A DNA stretch of 63,226 bases, filler included, from Reclinomonas americana ATCC 50394 (GCA_048213135.1; 14 parts of 14 records of this genome joined end to end with filler, not necessarily neighbours in it); one strand, 5' to 3'. Positions 51,363 to 63,226 are shown, counted from the first letter of the whole stretch. A program made the numbers and translations. The notes: generated by a model not told the origin, from the letters alone.

Positions 51363-53546
51363 TTACACCAGCTGATTGGGTGGCGGCTGCGAGCTGCGTC
51401 GTGCTCGCTGCTTCTCCCCGAGTTCCTCATCGAACAACTCGCCATCCGCCACGCCGCCTTCGCCATCGCCGTCGGCCATCAGATCGTCGGCGTAGGGCAT
51501 GAACGGCGTGACGGTGGCCATGGAGGCGGCGGTGGCCGGTGGGGAGAACACCATGGCCGTCGTGGTGGTCATGGTGGTGGTGGCGCCAGACACCACCGGC
51601 GTCGGCGTCGTGGTGGTGGTGGTGGTGGTCGTCGTCGAAACCACCGGACCATTGCCATTTGCTCCCTGCTTGCCGCCGGAGGCCAAGTGAGCGGCAACTC
51701 GTGCACTGGGTCGACGGACGTTGCGGTTGGGTGGGGCTCGAGCTCCGCGTCCGCCATTGGGCGCATCCGTCGATTCCGCCACGTCGACAATCGCCGGCGA
51801 CACAAAGTTCGGGCTGGTCAGGCGCCACCGCCACACTCCCATCACGGCCACCCACATCACCAACGTTGTGACGAGGACAGTGGCCACGATGCTCACACTC
51901 GGACCCGCATACACCAGTGCCGGCTGCGCGAGAATGAGAGCAAGAGAGGGTGAGTTCGGCAAGCGAGCGCGGAGACTGCTGAAAGCGACATACCTTGTCG
52001 CCGCCGAACGGATCCGGCTCATCCTCCGGCCACAGCGCCACGCAGGCGAGCAGCGACAGCAGGAAGACGAGCAGCTGCTTGCCAATGAGCAGCCACGACC
52101 GCACATCAATGCCCCACACTGTCGGAGTCTTGTGGGCGGATTCTGGGGCGTGTGGCGACGTCCGAGTCGGCAGCTGGAACGCGAACGTGTTGAGGACGCC
52201 GTAGAAGAACACGCGAAGCGCACAAGCCGCGCCGTACGCTCTGCATGTGTAGGAGGATGAGTGGTCGGCAGCTACAGCGCTCTCTATCGAGATGCGGGCG
52301 CTCGCAACGGTTCGTCAATATCGGCCTCGGTCGTCGCGCGTCGATCGTGATACCACGAGACAATGGTCGACAGCGCAAAGTTGCCGAGCAACGCGAACAT
52401 CGTGATCCGGGTGCTGCGGCAAGGTCAGCAAACGTGCCCACACGACACACACACACACACAGACGAGCACTCACCCCAGGCTGTGCACCGAAAAGGCGGT
52501 GAACAGCACCAGCGCAGCGCAGTGCGTGCCGGCGCACAGTGCCGCCAGGAAACGCGTCACTGCCGAGCCACTCTCCGCAACGACGGCGTCAAAGTTGGTC
52601 AGGCAGCCGACCGACAGCGACGACACAAACACGGCCGAGAGGAAAATGCCGTTCTTCAGCGCCTCCACGTTGGAGATGCCACAAACGAGCAGCATGATCA
52701 GTGTTGGCGCAGACTGCATCGCATCCGCACGCCGGTAAGAGAGACAACACCGAACACTCAACAGAAATGATCAATGCAGCCGCGCACCAGCAACAGGGCA
52801 GCCAGCGTGCTAAACGTAAACGCCGTGGCCTCACTGTGCACATAGTCGACCGGCGACTCGGCCGTCTTGCGACAGCAAAAGCAGAAGCCGTACGTCCACG
52901 ACGACGTGTTCGAGGCCGCGCTGACCATCCACGCCGGCAACGGCGGCTCCTCATCCGCCTGCTCCCCATTGACCTCCGCATCCCGATACCGCATCGCTCG
53001 TCGCCTTGCCGCATCCGCACCAGTCTCCGCCGGCACATCCAGCGCCAGTGGCAGCAACGCGCGCACCCGCTGACTCGGAATGCACGTAGCCAGCAGATCA
53101 GCACGCACAAAGCTCGACACGCCCTTGAGCAGCGGCACCAGGTGCCATGCGCCGACTGTGGCTGCTGCGGCGGCGGCCATCACACGACGCATCAACAAGA
53201 CGATCTTTGCAGTGTCGACATCACCCTCGTCGCGCAGCGCAAACAGTCGCCACGAGGTGAGCATCGCCAGCAGCGAGGAGACCGCTGAGGAGACAATCAG
53301 AGTCACCAGAAGCGCAGTGGCTGTCACGCGCTCGGTGTCGTTGTGAGGTCGCGTCGACCATTGGTGAATGAGCGCCACACACAAGATCCACCCCTGTGCA
53401 GTGCAGAGTGAGCGCAAGAGTGTGCGTGTGTGGAAGAGTGCGCGCAAGAGTGAGTGCGTAACAAGTGTGTTGACGACGCCAGTGGTGAGCACAAAGACGC
53501 GCGAGGAGAGCTGCATTGCGCAGTCGCGCGCTCGTGCCGACGACAT
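51363..53546 (-). CDS. Polytopic membrane protein of unknown family
   Basis: More than 8 hydrophobic segments over several exons (ALLVTLIVSSAVSSLLAML, FTFSTLAALLL, FLSAVFVSSLSV, LLVFLLSLLACVALW, IVATVLVTTLVMWVAV), then a Thr/Pro-rich tail. Confidence 0.65.
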
Positions 53547-53999
53547 TTTTTTTGCTGAGTGAGAGGAGTGCTCGCAAAACGCGCGCGAAACACTGTCTGC
53601 TGACGGAGAATGAGCTCGCAGCAGTGCCCAGTGTGCGGCTCTGCTCTGCGTATATGTCGCACAGCGCACCCTCAGACTGCGCTCGTTGTGTGTGAGCAAG
53701 CAGAGGTGCGTGTGTCTCTATCTCGCCTGCGGCATGAGTGATCTCATCATTCATCATTGACGCAGTGTTTATTCCCGTTTGGTGCCTCCGATGAGACTCT
53801 GCAGCAGTGCACAGTGACACTGCCGCCTGTGAGTGCGGGCTCGCATCTGCACGAGTTCTATCGCGTGTACGCGGAACGTTGCGTGTGTGTGTTCTGCTCC
53901 TCGTGACCTGCTCATCCGCTTATGAGACAAGAGGAGACGCAGGTGTGGCGCGCAGCTCGGCTGCTGCTGGACCCAGTTGAGACAGAGACTCCAGAGCTG

Positions 54000-56849
54000 T
54001 CAGTCGACAGGGTCAAAGATGCGCTGCTGTTGTGTGCGCAGGTGAGCCTCGGTGTGTTTCTCCGCGTTGCAGCGTGCAAGGCAAGGCGCAACTCGTGGCG
54101 ATTGACCGTCGTCGCTGGGCGGATAGTCGGCGGCTTCGTCGTCCATCTCTGCTGTCTGCATGTCCATGTCGTCTTCGTCGTCGTAGACCTCGTCGTCGCT
54201 CTGCAGGCGAGTGAGTCGAAGTGGGGGGGGAGGCAATGAAGGTGCAGAGAACTAAACCTCGGGGAACTGGTTGAGCCAGGCGCAGATGGTGTTTCGTGCG
54301 CACAGCGAGCGGCGAAGCACCTCCAGTCGCCCGTCCTGCACACGCACAGAGGATGGAGATTAGCAGATGATGGATGGAGGGGGGATGGGCAGGTTCGCGA
54401 ATTGACACCTTCCACAGGGCGAGCAGCGAGTCGGCGCCGCCAGTGGCAAACATGGTCTCGCCGAGTGACACCGCCACTTCGACGGAGCCACTGTGTGCGC
54501 ACAGCTCGCCCACCTTGTCGAACGTGTAGATCTTGCGCGGACGACTCATTCTGGAGGGAGAGAGAGAGAGATGAGTGAGGCGTGCGGCGAAGAACCATGT
54601 CAATGCAGCGGCCGACGACGCAACGAAGAGACTTGGTACGTCTTGACCGTCACTGGTAGTGATGGTGACGTACTGTTTACACCGCACACAGTCAGCGACA
54701 CAACTATCGTACCAGCAACAACACGCCCGCAACGCAACGGCGAGGACGCGGAAGCAGCCGAGGCCGCCACCGAGGGCGACGATGCCGACGAGGCCGCGGA
54801 CTTGCCGCTGGCTTTGGCTGGCACGGCGTTGGTGGTGCTCGGGAATGTCTGGCACACCAGTCAGTCGCAAAGTACATGGCGAGTGATTTGGGGAGCACGC
54901 AACAGAGCGCGAGCCCGACGACGGCTTCCGCTGCTGCAGATCCCACACGAGGATCGCCGAATCGGCGGCGCAGGTGATCAGTCGGCGCCTGTGGCGCGGT
55001 TGGTCCAACAATGACACGATGCAAAAAAAAAAGGAGGGCGGCGAACGCAACCCTTCATGTGAGACCACCAGAGCCTGGATGGTGGCGCGGTGTGCTTTCG
55101 GTACGTGGCCGACACACTCGCCAGTCTCCATATTGTACACACAAAAACCGGTCCCCGACGACATGGCCACCGTATCCTGTGTTTCTTCGTGAATAAGGAT
55201 GCATACATGCGCGCAATGAGGGGAATGACGCACCCGTGACACCACGCGAATGCATCGTACGGCGAGCGGATCCGGCATGTTCTTCTGTGTGTACGACTCA
55301 AAGTAGTTGACGACTCGCAGCGGCACTGGCAGGCCCACAGGGCACATGGAGTGCGCCACCTCGTCTCCACTGGGCGCTGCGGATTGCACACTAAGCTCGC
55401 CACTCAACGTAGCAGCAACCAGCGGTACGTACCTGGAGTCGAATTCCACAGGACCACCATGCCGTCGAGCGATGCAGACACGAAGCGGCTGTTTGAGAGC
55501 GAGCGCAGCGTGGAAATGGCCTCCCGATGAATAGACAAACGTCCCAGTGCCGTACCGTCGCGCCAATCATACACAACTGTGAACACCGGGGGGAATAAGG
55601 TGGACGGGATGTGAGCTCCTACAGTATGTGATTGCAACGCAACATAAATCAGCCAGCGTCGAGCCCGTCACAATGCGACAACAAGTGAGGGGAACGATGC
55701 CCATTAAACCTGCAGCGCGCCCACCCACCACCGGTCAGGCACTCCTCCACCTGGATGAACTCCCATGGCGCGCGGCTACGCAACTCTCTTGCTGGTCATC
55801 CGGATGCCGGTGTATCCGCCGATACCCGCTGGCCAGCACACTCATACTCCACAAAAGCATGAACGAGTCGTTGCCGCCGGAGCACATCCACGTTCCATCG
55901 AGATTGGTCATCACCTTGACAGCACCACGGTGCTCGTCGAGCACATGAGCCAGAGAACCGTCCTCGCTGTGCCACACCTGCAGTACCCGATCGCACCGTT
56001 AGCAACCCATAGCGTTCGACTCCCCTCATACTCGATCAGCACACCTTGATGGATTCGCGGCGGTCCACAGACGAAGACACCACATACTCGCCCATTTCCA
56101 GCAACGCAGTAATGGGACCCTCGTGTGCCCGCACTCTCCACACGCGCTCCCCCGACCCTATCCGCCACATGCACACCCACCCACCATCGCACCCGGTGGC
56201 GAAACAACGACTGCGCGCGCACATGAGCGGGGAGGGAAGCAAAAAAATCACGCAGGCGCAGAAAACACAAACCCCTCCTCCGAGTGCACCAGCACCGCCA
56301 CACGGATGCGGTCGGTGTGGCCGAGAAGCACCTGCAGTTCCGTGTATGGATTCGCGGCTGTATTATCAAAGAAGCTGGCGGAGTCTTGAGACATTGGGGA
56401 GGTTGGCGACGAGGCCGAGCCGGCGGCCACCGACGCTCCCATTGCCGCGCCGAGCATCACTCCTGCAACGGCGTGTGACGCGAGGAGGCAACAAGGAGAG
56501 GCAGAGGATGAGAGAGAGAGAGAGAGAGGTGGCACACACCTCCTGAAGCCGCTGGGCTCACAGCACGTGCGGCCGCCATGTGAGCCGCACGACTCGACGA
56601 CGGCAACGAGTTGGAACGCGACGTACGACCCCCACCCGTCCCTGCTCCAAGCCCATCAGAAACACTCGCGGTGCTGCCCCAGTCACATATACACACACAC
56701 TCACCAGGCAACGACATGGTCTGTCGCAACGCCTCGGCGCTCTCCATGGCGTCAGCATCGCTGACTGTGCTCGACGACGACGACCGCGGAATGCCGAGTC
56801 GCGGAGACACAGAGCTGTCGCCCGAGTTGGAGGAGCGAGTGGAGGCCGG
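54000..56849 (-). CDS. WDR41: WD40-repeat protein WDR41-like; 5' truncated
   Basis: NPYTELQVLLGHTDRIR and GELCAHSGSVEV...GADSLLALWKDGRLEVLRRS resemble the characteristic N- and C-terminal WDR41 segments (from memory, not a search). Multiple GH..WD repeats over about 16 exons. Confidence 0.85.
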
Positions 56850-56949
56850 NNNNNNNNNNNNNNNNNNNNNNNNNNNNNNNNNNNNNNNNNNNNTTAATTA
56901 ATTAANNNNNNNNNNNNNNNNNNNNNNNNNNNNNNNNNNNNNNNNNNNN

Positions 56950-59526
56950 TTCTGTCGGTGCGGCTGCAGGGCGACAGTTCGTGTGCGTCATTGTCCACCG
57001 CAAATATTGTGGACGTGAGTGCATCGAACATGACAACGTCGACGAGTGGAGGAATCGACACACTTGTTGCGACGTTCGTCGGCGGTCTGAACGTGTCCGG
57101 GTCGTATGCTGTGTGCATTGAGTACGCATCGACACCTGGATCGTTTGTGAGTGTTGGATTGAGTCGGCTGTTGATCTGTTGCGTTGCGAGTGGATGTCCG
57201 TGGTAATCGTCGGCGGTTCGCTGACATGTCTTACTCCTCTGTGTTTCTCTCCTGTGCGTGCTGTCATCTTGTGCAGCCGAGTCGACTGGTTACTCGCCGG
57301 CCACTGCAGTCAAGGGCGTGACGACGGCGCTGAGTGTTGTTGGAACGCAACTTGTACCGACGACAACTGTGCTGTCGTTGCGACTGCAGGGCGACAGTTC
57401 GTGCGCGTCATCGTCCACAGCAAATATTGTGGACGTGAGTGCGTCGAACATGACAGCGTCGACAAGTGGAGGAATCGACACACTTGTTGCGACGTTTGTC
57501 GGCGGTCTGAATATTTCTGGGTCGTATGCTGTGTGCATTGAGTACGCATCGACGCCCGGATCGTTTGTGAGTGTTGGGTCGAGTCGGTTGTTGATTCGTT
57601 GCGTACAGAGCGTGGAAATGTCAATTGCCGAGTTTTTTTCTCTGACACTGAGTGTGCAGCAAATGCGACAACCTTCACACCGACGAGCGCCCTCATCTCC
57701 TCGTCCACACCAGTCCTAATTGCTGGCGATGCACTTCAGCCAGGCACGAGCGTGCGGAGTGTTCGGGTCGAGCCAGCGGCGTCGTGTTCGACTGGTACCG
57801 GAGTCAACCCCGCGACCGGCACAGTTGTCATGTTGGCTGCAAACTTGTCGGCCACCATGTCCGGCTCGACGCTTACTGCGACGCCTGCCACTCCGTTCAC
57901 TGTGTGCGGTGCATACGTTGTGTGCATCGAGTACGTCGGACAGCCAGATGTATTCCGTCGAGTTGATGCAACGACGCAGCTATTGATTCGTTGCGTGCGC
58001 CGTGGGACATTTTCTGCTCAATTTACAGAAGCTCACAAATTGTTGCTATAACAGCTTGCTCCAATACGGTTGCCCCATTGACAATGTTTGCTGGGTCGGC
58101 TGGGTCAACTGTCGTTGTCACTGTGACCGGTACAGCTCTCCATGTGAATCAAAGTGTGCGAGCTGTTCGGTTCGAACCGTCGTCAACGTGCACCGCTCTG
58201 AGCAACCCGGTTCCCTCGGGGGTTGTGCTTGCAGCGAGTATCGCATCGAGCATGGACATGACGCTACTGCGTGTCAGTCTTTCGGCATCGGGAATCCCTG
58301 CCGGAACATACAGCGTCTGCGTCGATTACTCTGCTGCCGATGCACAAGGCCAGTACATCAACGTCGGTTCTACACAACTTCAAGTTGGTAAGTGACTCCG
58401 CCTTCCACACTTGTGGCTATTGTGTGGAGTTCTGGCATTAACTCACTGCGACTGACACAGTGACTGACGCCGCGGTGTCTGTCAGCCCTCGAGGCCTACC
58501 GATTCCAGTCTCTGCAGCCACTGTCCTTACGGTGACAGGAGGCCCGTTGACTGCCAGTGATCAAGTCATGCTTCTTCAGATCGATGCCAATGGCCTTGGC
58601 ACGTGTGATCAGCCAGCATCGAACCCAACTCTGGCGACCACGGTTCTGTCGGTATCAGGCACAACTCAGCTGACGGTGGCATTGAGCAGTGCGATTAGCA
58701 CTGGCAACACCTATGTTGTGTGTCACCAGGCATCTGGCGTTGGAATATTCAGACCGCTCCAGGACAGCAGTTTGCGATTCTTCTCGGCAGGTGCGCCACA
58801 CGATCATCACTCGTTGTATGTATGATATCTTCGCCTTATACTTTGATCGCCGCAGCTTCTGTCTCCAGCGTGTCACCAGTGCAGTGGAATCTTGAGCGAA
58901 CCCCCATCACGATCACTGTAGCGGGTGCTGGTCTCAGCGCGCGGGACTCGTTCACTGCCGTGGCAGTCGGTAGCAGTTGCAGTGCTGCTGCTGTGCCCGG
59001 ATTGCAGTTTACTCTGCCGCCAGCCGTCACTTCGTTCAACAGCCAAATCGAAGTTTCTGCAGCGGTATCCGCTGCGCAAGGATTCGCGTTCAAGCTGTGT
59101 GTGCGACCTGGGGGCGAAGCAATACTTGCCGCCGCATCGATTCCATTTGCGCAGCCATTGACGGTTGTCTCAACAACTGGAATGTCACCGACCGCCGTCC
59201 CGCGGGTCGCCTCAGTCTCCGTGACGATTGCGGGCGCAGGCTTTCCGTTCCCCGGTGGAAACTTGCTTGTAGTGGTATGTTGTTGTGTTTCGAGTGCGCC
59301 CACCGTTAGAATCCGCATTGAACCGCATCTGTCTTGTTGCTTTTTAGGTCGCGATGGGCTCGTGCGCCGGAGGAACAACTCTGCCCGCAGGAACTGTTCA
59401 GCTGACGTCAGTTTCGCAAGCGACGGTCACAATCGACACTCGAACAGCAAGTTCTGGCGACCAGTTTATTGTGTGCTTGCGTGCTACGACAGCGGATTCG
59501 TTTGCGCCAGTTGGCAGTACGCCATT
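56950..59526 (+). CDS. Ser/Thr/Val-rich protein built of ~110-aa beta-sandwich (Ig/IPT-like) repeats; both ends truncated
   Basis: At least 7 repeats of the pattern SP...T.TV.G......C......G.Y.VC..Y. Most are encoded one per phase-1 exon. Confidence 0.8.
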
Positions 59527-59631
59527 NNNNNNNNNNNNNNNNNNNNNNNNNNNNNNNNNNNNNNNNNNNNTTAATTAATTAANNNNNNNNNNNNNNNNNN
59601 NNNNNNNNNNNNNNNNNNNNNNNNNNTCGTC

Positions 59632-59686
<55 letters not shown>

Positions 59687-60546
59687 ACACGCACACACTC
59701 TCACAATTTCATGCACTTGTGCATGCATTGCTCACTCCTCTCTATTCTTTCTTTCTCTCTGCTCTCACACTCTCCCTTCTCTTCTCTCTCTTCCCCTCCC
59801 TTCTCTTCCTCTCTCTCTCTCTCACACACACACATTCTCCCTTTTTCTTTCCCTCATTCACTCTCTTTTTTTATCTTGTTTACATTACTCACCCACAACT
59901 TCAACATCTGCGACGGGTTATGTAGCTCACACGTTCCGTTGTGTGCGGCACGCCCGCGGCCTTCGTCTCTCAGCATGGCCGCATCCAACAAATCCAGCTC
60001 GTCATCACTAGCAGCCACAGAGGCGCGAGAGACGCGCAGGCGACGCCCGTGCTCGTCGGAGAGAGAGGCGCCCATGTGTGAAAGACAACAGCGCGCGAGG
60101 CTTGGCACAAAGATGAATAGAAAAAAAGGGGACAAGAATAACCTGTCACGTTTTGCCGGATTACATAAGAAATGGGAGTCGAGGCACAGGAGAGGAGGAG
60201 GTAGAGGAGGTAGTGAAGTAATGACATGCGCCGAGTTGCTGCTCCTTTCTCCTCGTGCGCTGTGGAACACTTGCGACGTCGACGTCATATATCGACGTCG
60301 ACGTTCACGTGATAGATAGACATTTTGCAGTTGCCTCAATTGATCGACAAAGCAATGCGCGCGCCAGTGAGTGGCGTGTAACGGCCACATCAGCGACGTC
60401 GTGTGGTGACTGCAGTGAAGTTGGCAATTTTGGCGCCAAATCTTAAAGTTTTCAACCGTTTTCTGTTCGACTTGGCGCGCTGCGCATAACTTAAGGCCAT
60501 GAGAACACGATTTGACTCTCTTTGTGTGTACACTCACGAGGGCATC

Positions 60547-61261
60547 ATGCGCCTGCTGCTCTGCTTCGCGCTCATCGCTCACTTGCTCGTTGTCACCTCG
60601 AGTTTCGTTTGTGTGTGTGTGTGTGTGTGTGTTTGTGTGTGTGTTTTGCCCGAACATGTGCACCCACAGGTTTGTACGTTCTGCTCACACACTCTCTCGT
60701 TGGTCACAGACGCCCAGACAGTCACCACCGCCGTTGCCAGCAACATCACTGGCACCACTGCCACTCTCAATGCATGGGTCAATCCCAACAACGTCGCTGG
60801 AGGCACCACCAACTCCTTTGAGTGGTCTCTATACACCGCCGCGATTGGTGTCTCTTCGGCCACTGTCGCCACCTTTGTGGGCACGGCGGGCACCTCGGGA
60901 ACGACGGATGGCGTTGGAGCCAGCGCATTGTTGAATACGCCAATGGTTTGTGCGCGAAAGGTGACCCTGCTGTGCACTTTCGCTGACAGTGTGCGTGTGT
61001 GCTCTCTCCACAGGGACTGGCCTTGGACGCGGCAGGCAACGTGTACGTGGGCGATTACGGGTTTGACTTACTTCCTGTTGTCTGTCGATTGTTGATTCGT
61101 CACTTCTTGCTCTCTCACTGCGCGATGATGATGGCAGCAACTGTCGCATTCGATGCATCACACCTGCAGCAACGGTGACCACGTTTGCTGGCACAACATG
61201 CGGCCTGCTTGATGGCACAGGAGTGGCTGCTCAGTTCAAAAAGTACGCTCCTGCTCTTCAT
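60547..61261 (+). CDS. Secreted protein with FN3-like segment and NHL repeats; 3' truncated
   Basis: Signal peptide MRLLLCFALIAHLLVVTS; VTTAVASNITGTTATLNAWVNPN; TFVGTAGTSGTTDGVGASALLNTPMGLALDAAGNVYVGDYGNCRIRCIT...TTFAG...DGTGVAAQF. Confidence 0.85.
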
Positions 61262-61480
61262 NNNNNNNNNNNNNNNNNNNNNNNNNNNNNNNNNNNNNNN
61301 NNNNNTTAATTAATTAANNNNNNNNNNNNNNNNNNNNNNNNNNNNNNNNNNNNNNNNNNNNCGTCGTACCGACCGACCGGACGGACGGACGACCGTACCG
61401 TACGTTACGTTACGTACGGTACGGTACGGTACGTCGTCGTCGTCGTCGTCGTCGTCGTTTCGTTTTTTGTTTTTTGTTTG

Positions 61481-61482
<2 letters not shown>

Positions 61483-61560
<78 letters not shown>
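61483..61560. repeat. (GT)n microsatellite
   Basis: Perfect run, probably intronic. Confidence 0.97.
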
Positions 61561-61561
<1 letters not shown>

Positions 61562-61586
61562 CTGACTGGGTGTCCGTGTCGGCAGC

Positions 61587-63226
61587 TACGAGGCCGCGCT
61601 GGCCAATGCTGCCACCCGTCTGGCGTGGTGGACATCGCAGACGAGCCCTCCCGAATATCGTGTGACACGCTGGCATTTGTTTGTCGGCAATGCCGCGCTT
61701 ACCATGGGCGACTACGAGTGTGCCGAGAATGAGGTTATTTCACATGCCACGTGCTTGGTGAAGCTGTGTGGCCAGCTGACTGTGATTCGTCGCCCGTCGC
61801 AGCTGACGCAGGCCAAGAGCAAGTTGGAGAGCGTGCGGGTGAACGATGCGGTGAATGAGGCCATGGAGGACATATATGCGACACTGCAGGTTGGCATCGC
61901 GAGGCAGCTGTCGTGAGATGGACCGCGCGATTTCAATTCTTGCTTGTCTATTGCGCAGTCGGATCTCGGATGTGTATACATGTACACTGGTCGCTATCGG
62001 GAGTCGTACGAGGTACTCCACGCACGTGAGTGTGTATTGAGAGGGAGAGTGAATTGTTCTGACGCTTGATTGCAGACTTTCAAGAGTGCGCTGGAGTGTC
62101 GGGAGCGCTTTGGTGAGCAACACGTGCTCATTCCGACTCTCCTGCACAACATATCGCGCCTGGCCGGTGTTCTCGGGAAGCGAGAAGAGTGTGGTGAGTG
62201 CTCTTGATATTGAACCAGGATCGGAAGGCACTCAACATGCTGGTAATGCGCGCACAGAGACAACCTACCGACGGTGTCTGGAGGTCAAGATACGCATGTT
62301 TGGCGAATTCAGTACCTCGGTGGCCAACACGTGCGTCTTCATCTCCTCTGTCTCCTCCCGTGTGTGTGCTCATCTCACACACGACTCGTCTTCCGCGCTG
62401 CAGCCGCTGCAACTTTGGTGCGTGGCTGACAGAGCAGAGGCGCACAGATGAGGCGCTGGAGCAGCTGGAGTCGGCATTGGAGATCAAACAGCGGGTTCTC
62501 GGCAATGCTCACCCAGAAGTCATTGTGGTGCGCGGGCGTCACGCTCTTCTCTCGTCGTGCGACGTGCGACTATGGCACTCACCCACGCCGCAGATTCTCA
62601 GCAATCTCGGCGCCGTGGCACAAAACAAGGGCGACTTGGCGCGCCAGGCCGACTACAACGACATGGCGCTGTCGAGTGCGCGCCAGTGCAATCACCCGCA
62701 GCTGCACCTGTTCATGCAAAACTCGGCACTGTCGTGCTGCAAGCTGCGCAAATTCGACAAGTCTCGCGAGTTGTACTTGGAGGCGCTCGCCGCGTGCAAG
62801 TCTCCCGAGTCGGCCGAGGTTGCCGGCATTTGGGAGAACATGGCCAATCTCGCCAACGCCGAGGGCAAGCCACTGGAGGCTCTCGAATGCTTGCGCAAGG
62901 CGGCGACCATGTTTGCCAAGTGTCTCGGCGAGTCACACGGCCGCACACTGGGAGCGATGCTGTCGGTTGGCGAGGTTGGTGGCAGTGCATCATCATGTTT
63001 CATCCTCATTCTATCTCAGTTCCTTCAGTCTCTTTCCTCTCTCTTCTTCGCTTTCGCTTTATCTCCGTCGCATCTCTCTTCTCTTGTCCTCTCTTCTCAC
63101 TGAACCGCATGCACAGTTCGAAAAAGCATGCAGACAACCGGAGGCTGCACGCACAACGTTGCAGCGAATGATCGACTGTGCGGGAGCGAGTGACGCCGAG
63201 TTGATGTGGGAGGCCGCTGAGCTGTT
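61587..63226 (+). CDS. Long-TPR (kinesin light chain-like) repeat protein; partial
   Basis: YRRCLEVKIRMFGEFSTSVANT, ALEQLESALEIKQRVLGNAHPEV..ILSNLG, ALECLRKAATMFAKCLGESH. Frame-preserving introns. Confidence 0.85.

Noticed and set aside
54615..54630. Idea that the -1 base at shifted donors is always replaced by G (shift of both ends upstream, or editing)
   Set aside because: It would improve some motifs (IDGTSA, EER), but at this WDR41 junction TC|A would become a TGA stop.
4614..61361. Regularly recurring palindromic TTAATTAATTAA as a biological repeat or CRISPR-like element
   Set aside because: It is always centred in exactly 44+44 N and gives stops in all six frames: an assembly linker.
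61362..61460. Odd GTAC/GACG/CGT patterned stretch as a structured element
   Set aside because: It sits at a contig edge and resembles flow-order (TACG) noise from degraded pyrosequencing read ends.
1..63226. Alternative genetic code, tRNA/rRNA genes, transposases or viral genes
   Set aside because: In-frame stops in traced genes are explained by introns, TAA and TGA both serve as terminators, and no RNA-gene or mobile-element signatures were recognised by eye.

Overview
GC-rich, intron-dense eukaryotic (protist-like) genomic DNA, made of 14 contigs joined by 13 identical artificial 100-nt linkers (N44-TTAATTAATTAA-N44). Several genes continue correctly across the linkers, so many joins are real scaffold gaps. 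I traced exon-intron structures by hand for about 18 genes: an RCC1-repeat/coiled-coil protein, an Elongin-A-like/LRR protein, a very large LRR + multi-pass membrane protein, a RING-kinase, BiP, a RasGAP-BCH-RhoGAP fusion, DHX34, a membrane-anchored S53 peptidase, WDR41, Ig-like-repeat, NHL and TPR proteins, and several hypotheticals. Main finding: two registers of 5' splice site. When the exon ends in G the donor is conventional (G|GTNNG). When it ends in A, C or T the donor is usually shifted by one base, N|GTTGCG (about 45 of 57 such junctions by hand count, versus about 6 of more than 70 G-ending ones). This resembles the rare human '+1 shifted U1 register' donors, but here it is roughly a third of all introns traced. 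There is also one clear U12-type AT-AC intron (26535-26617). Long introns in the first 32 kb are filled with strand-biased mini- and microsatellites. All gene models are manual, with no transcript data, and the organism is not identified.
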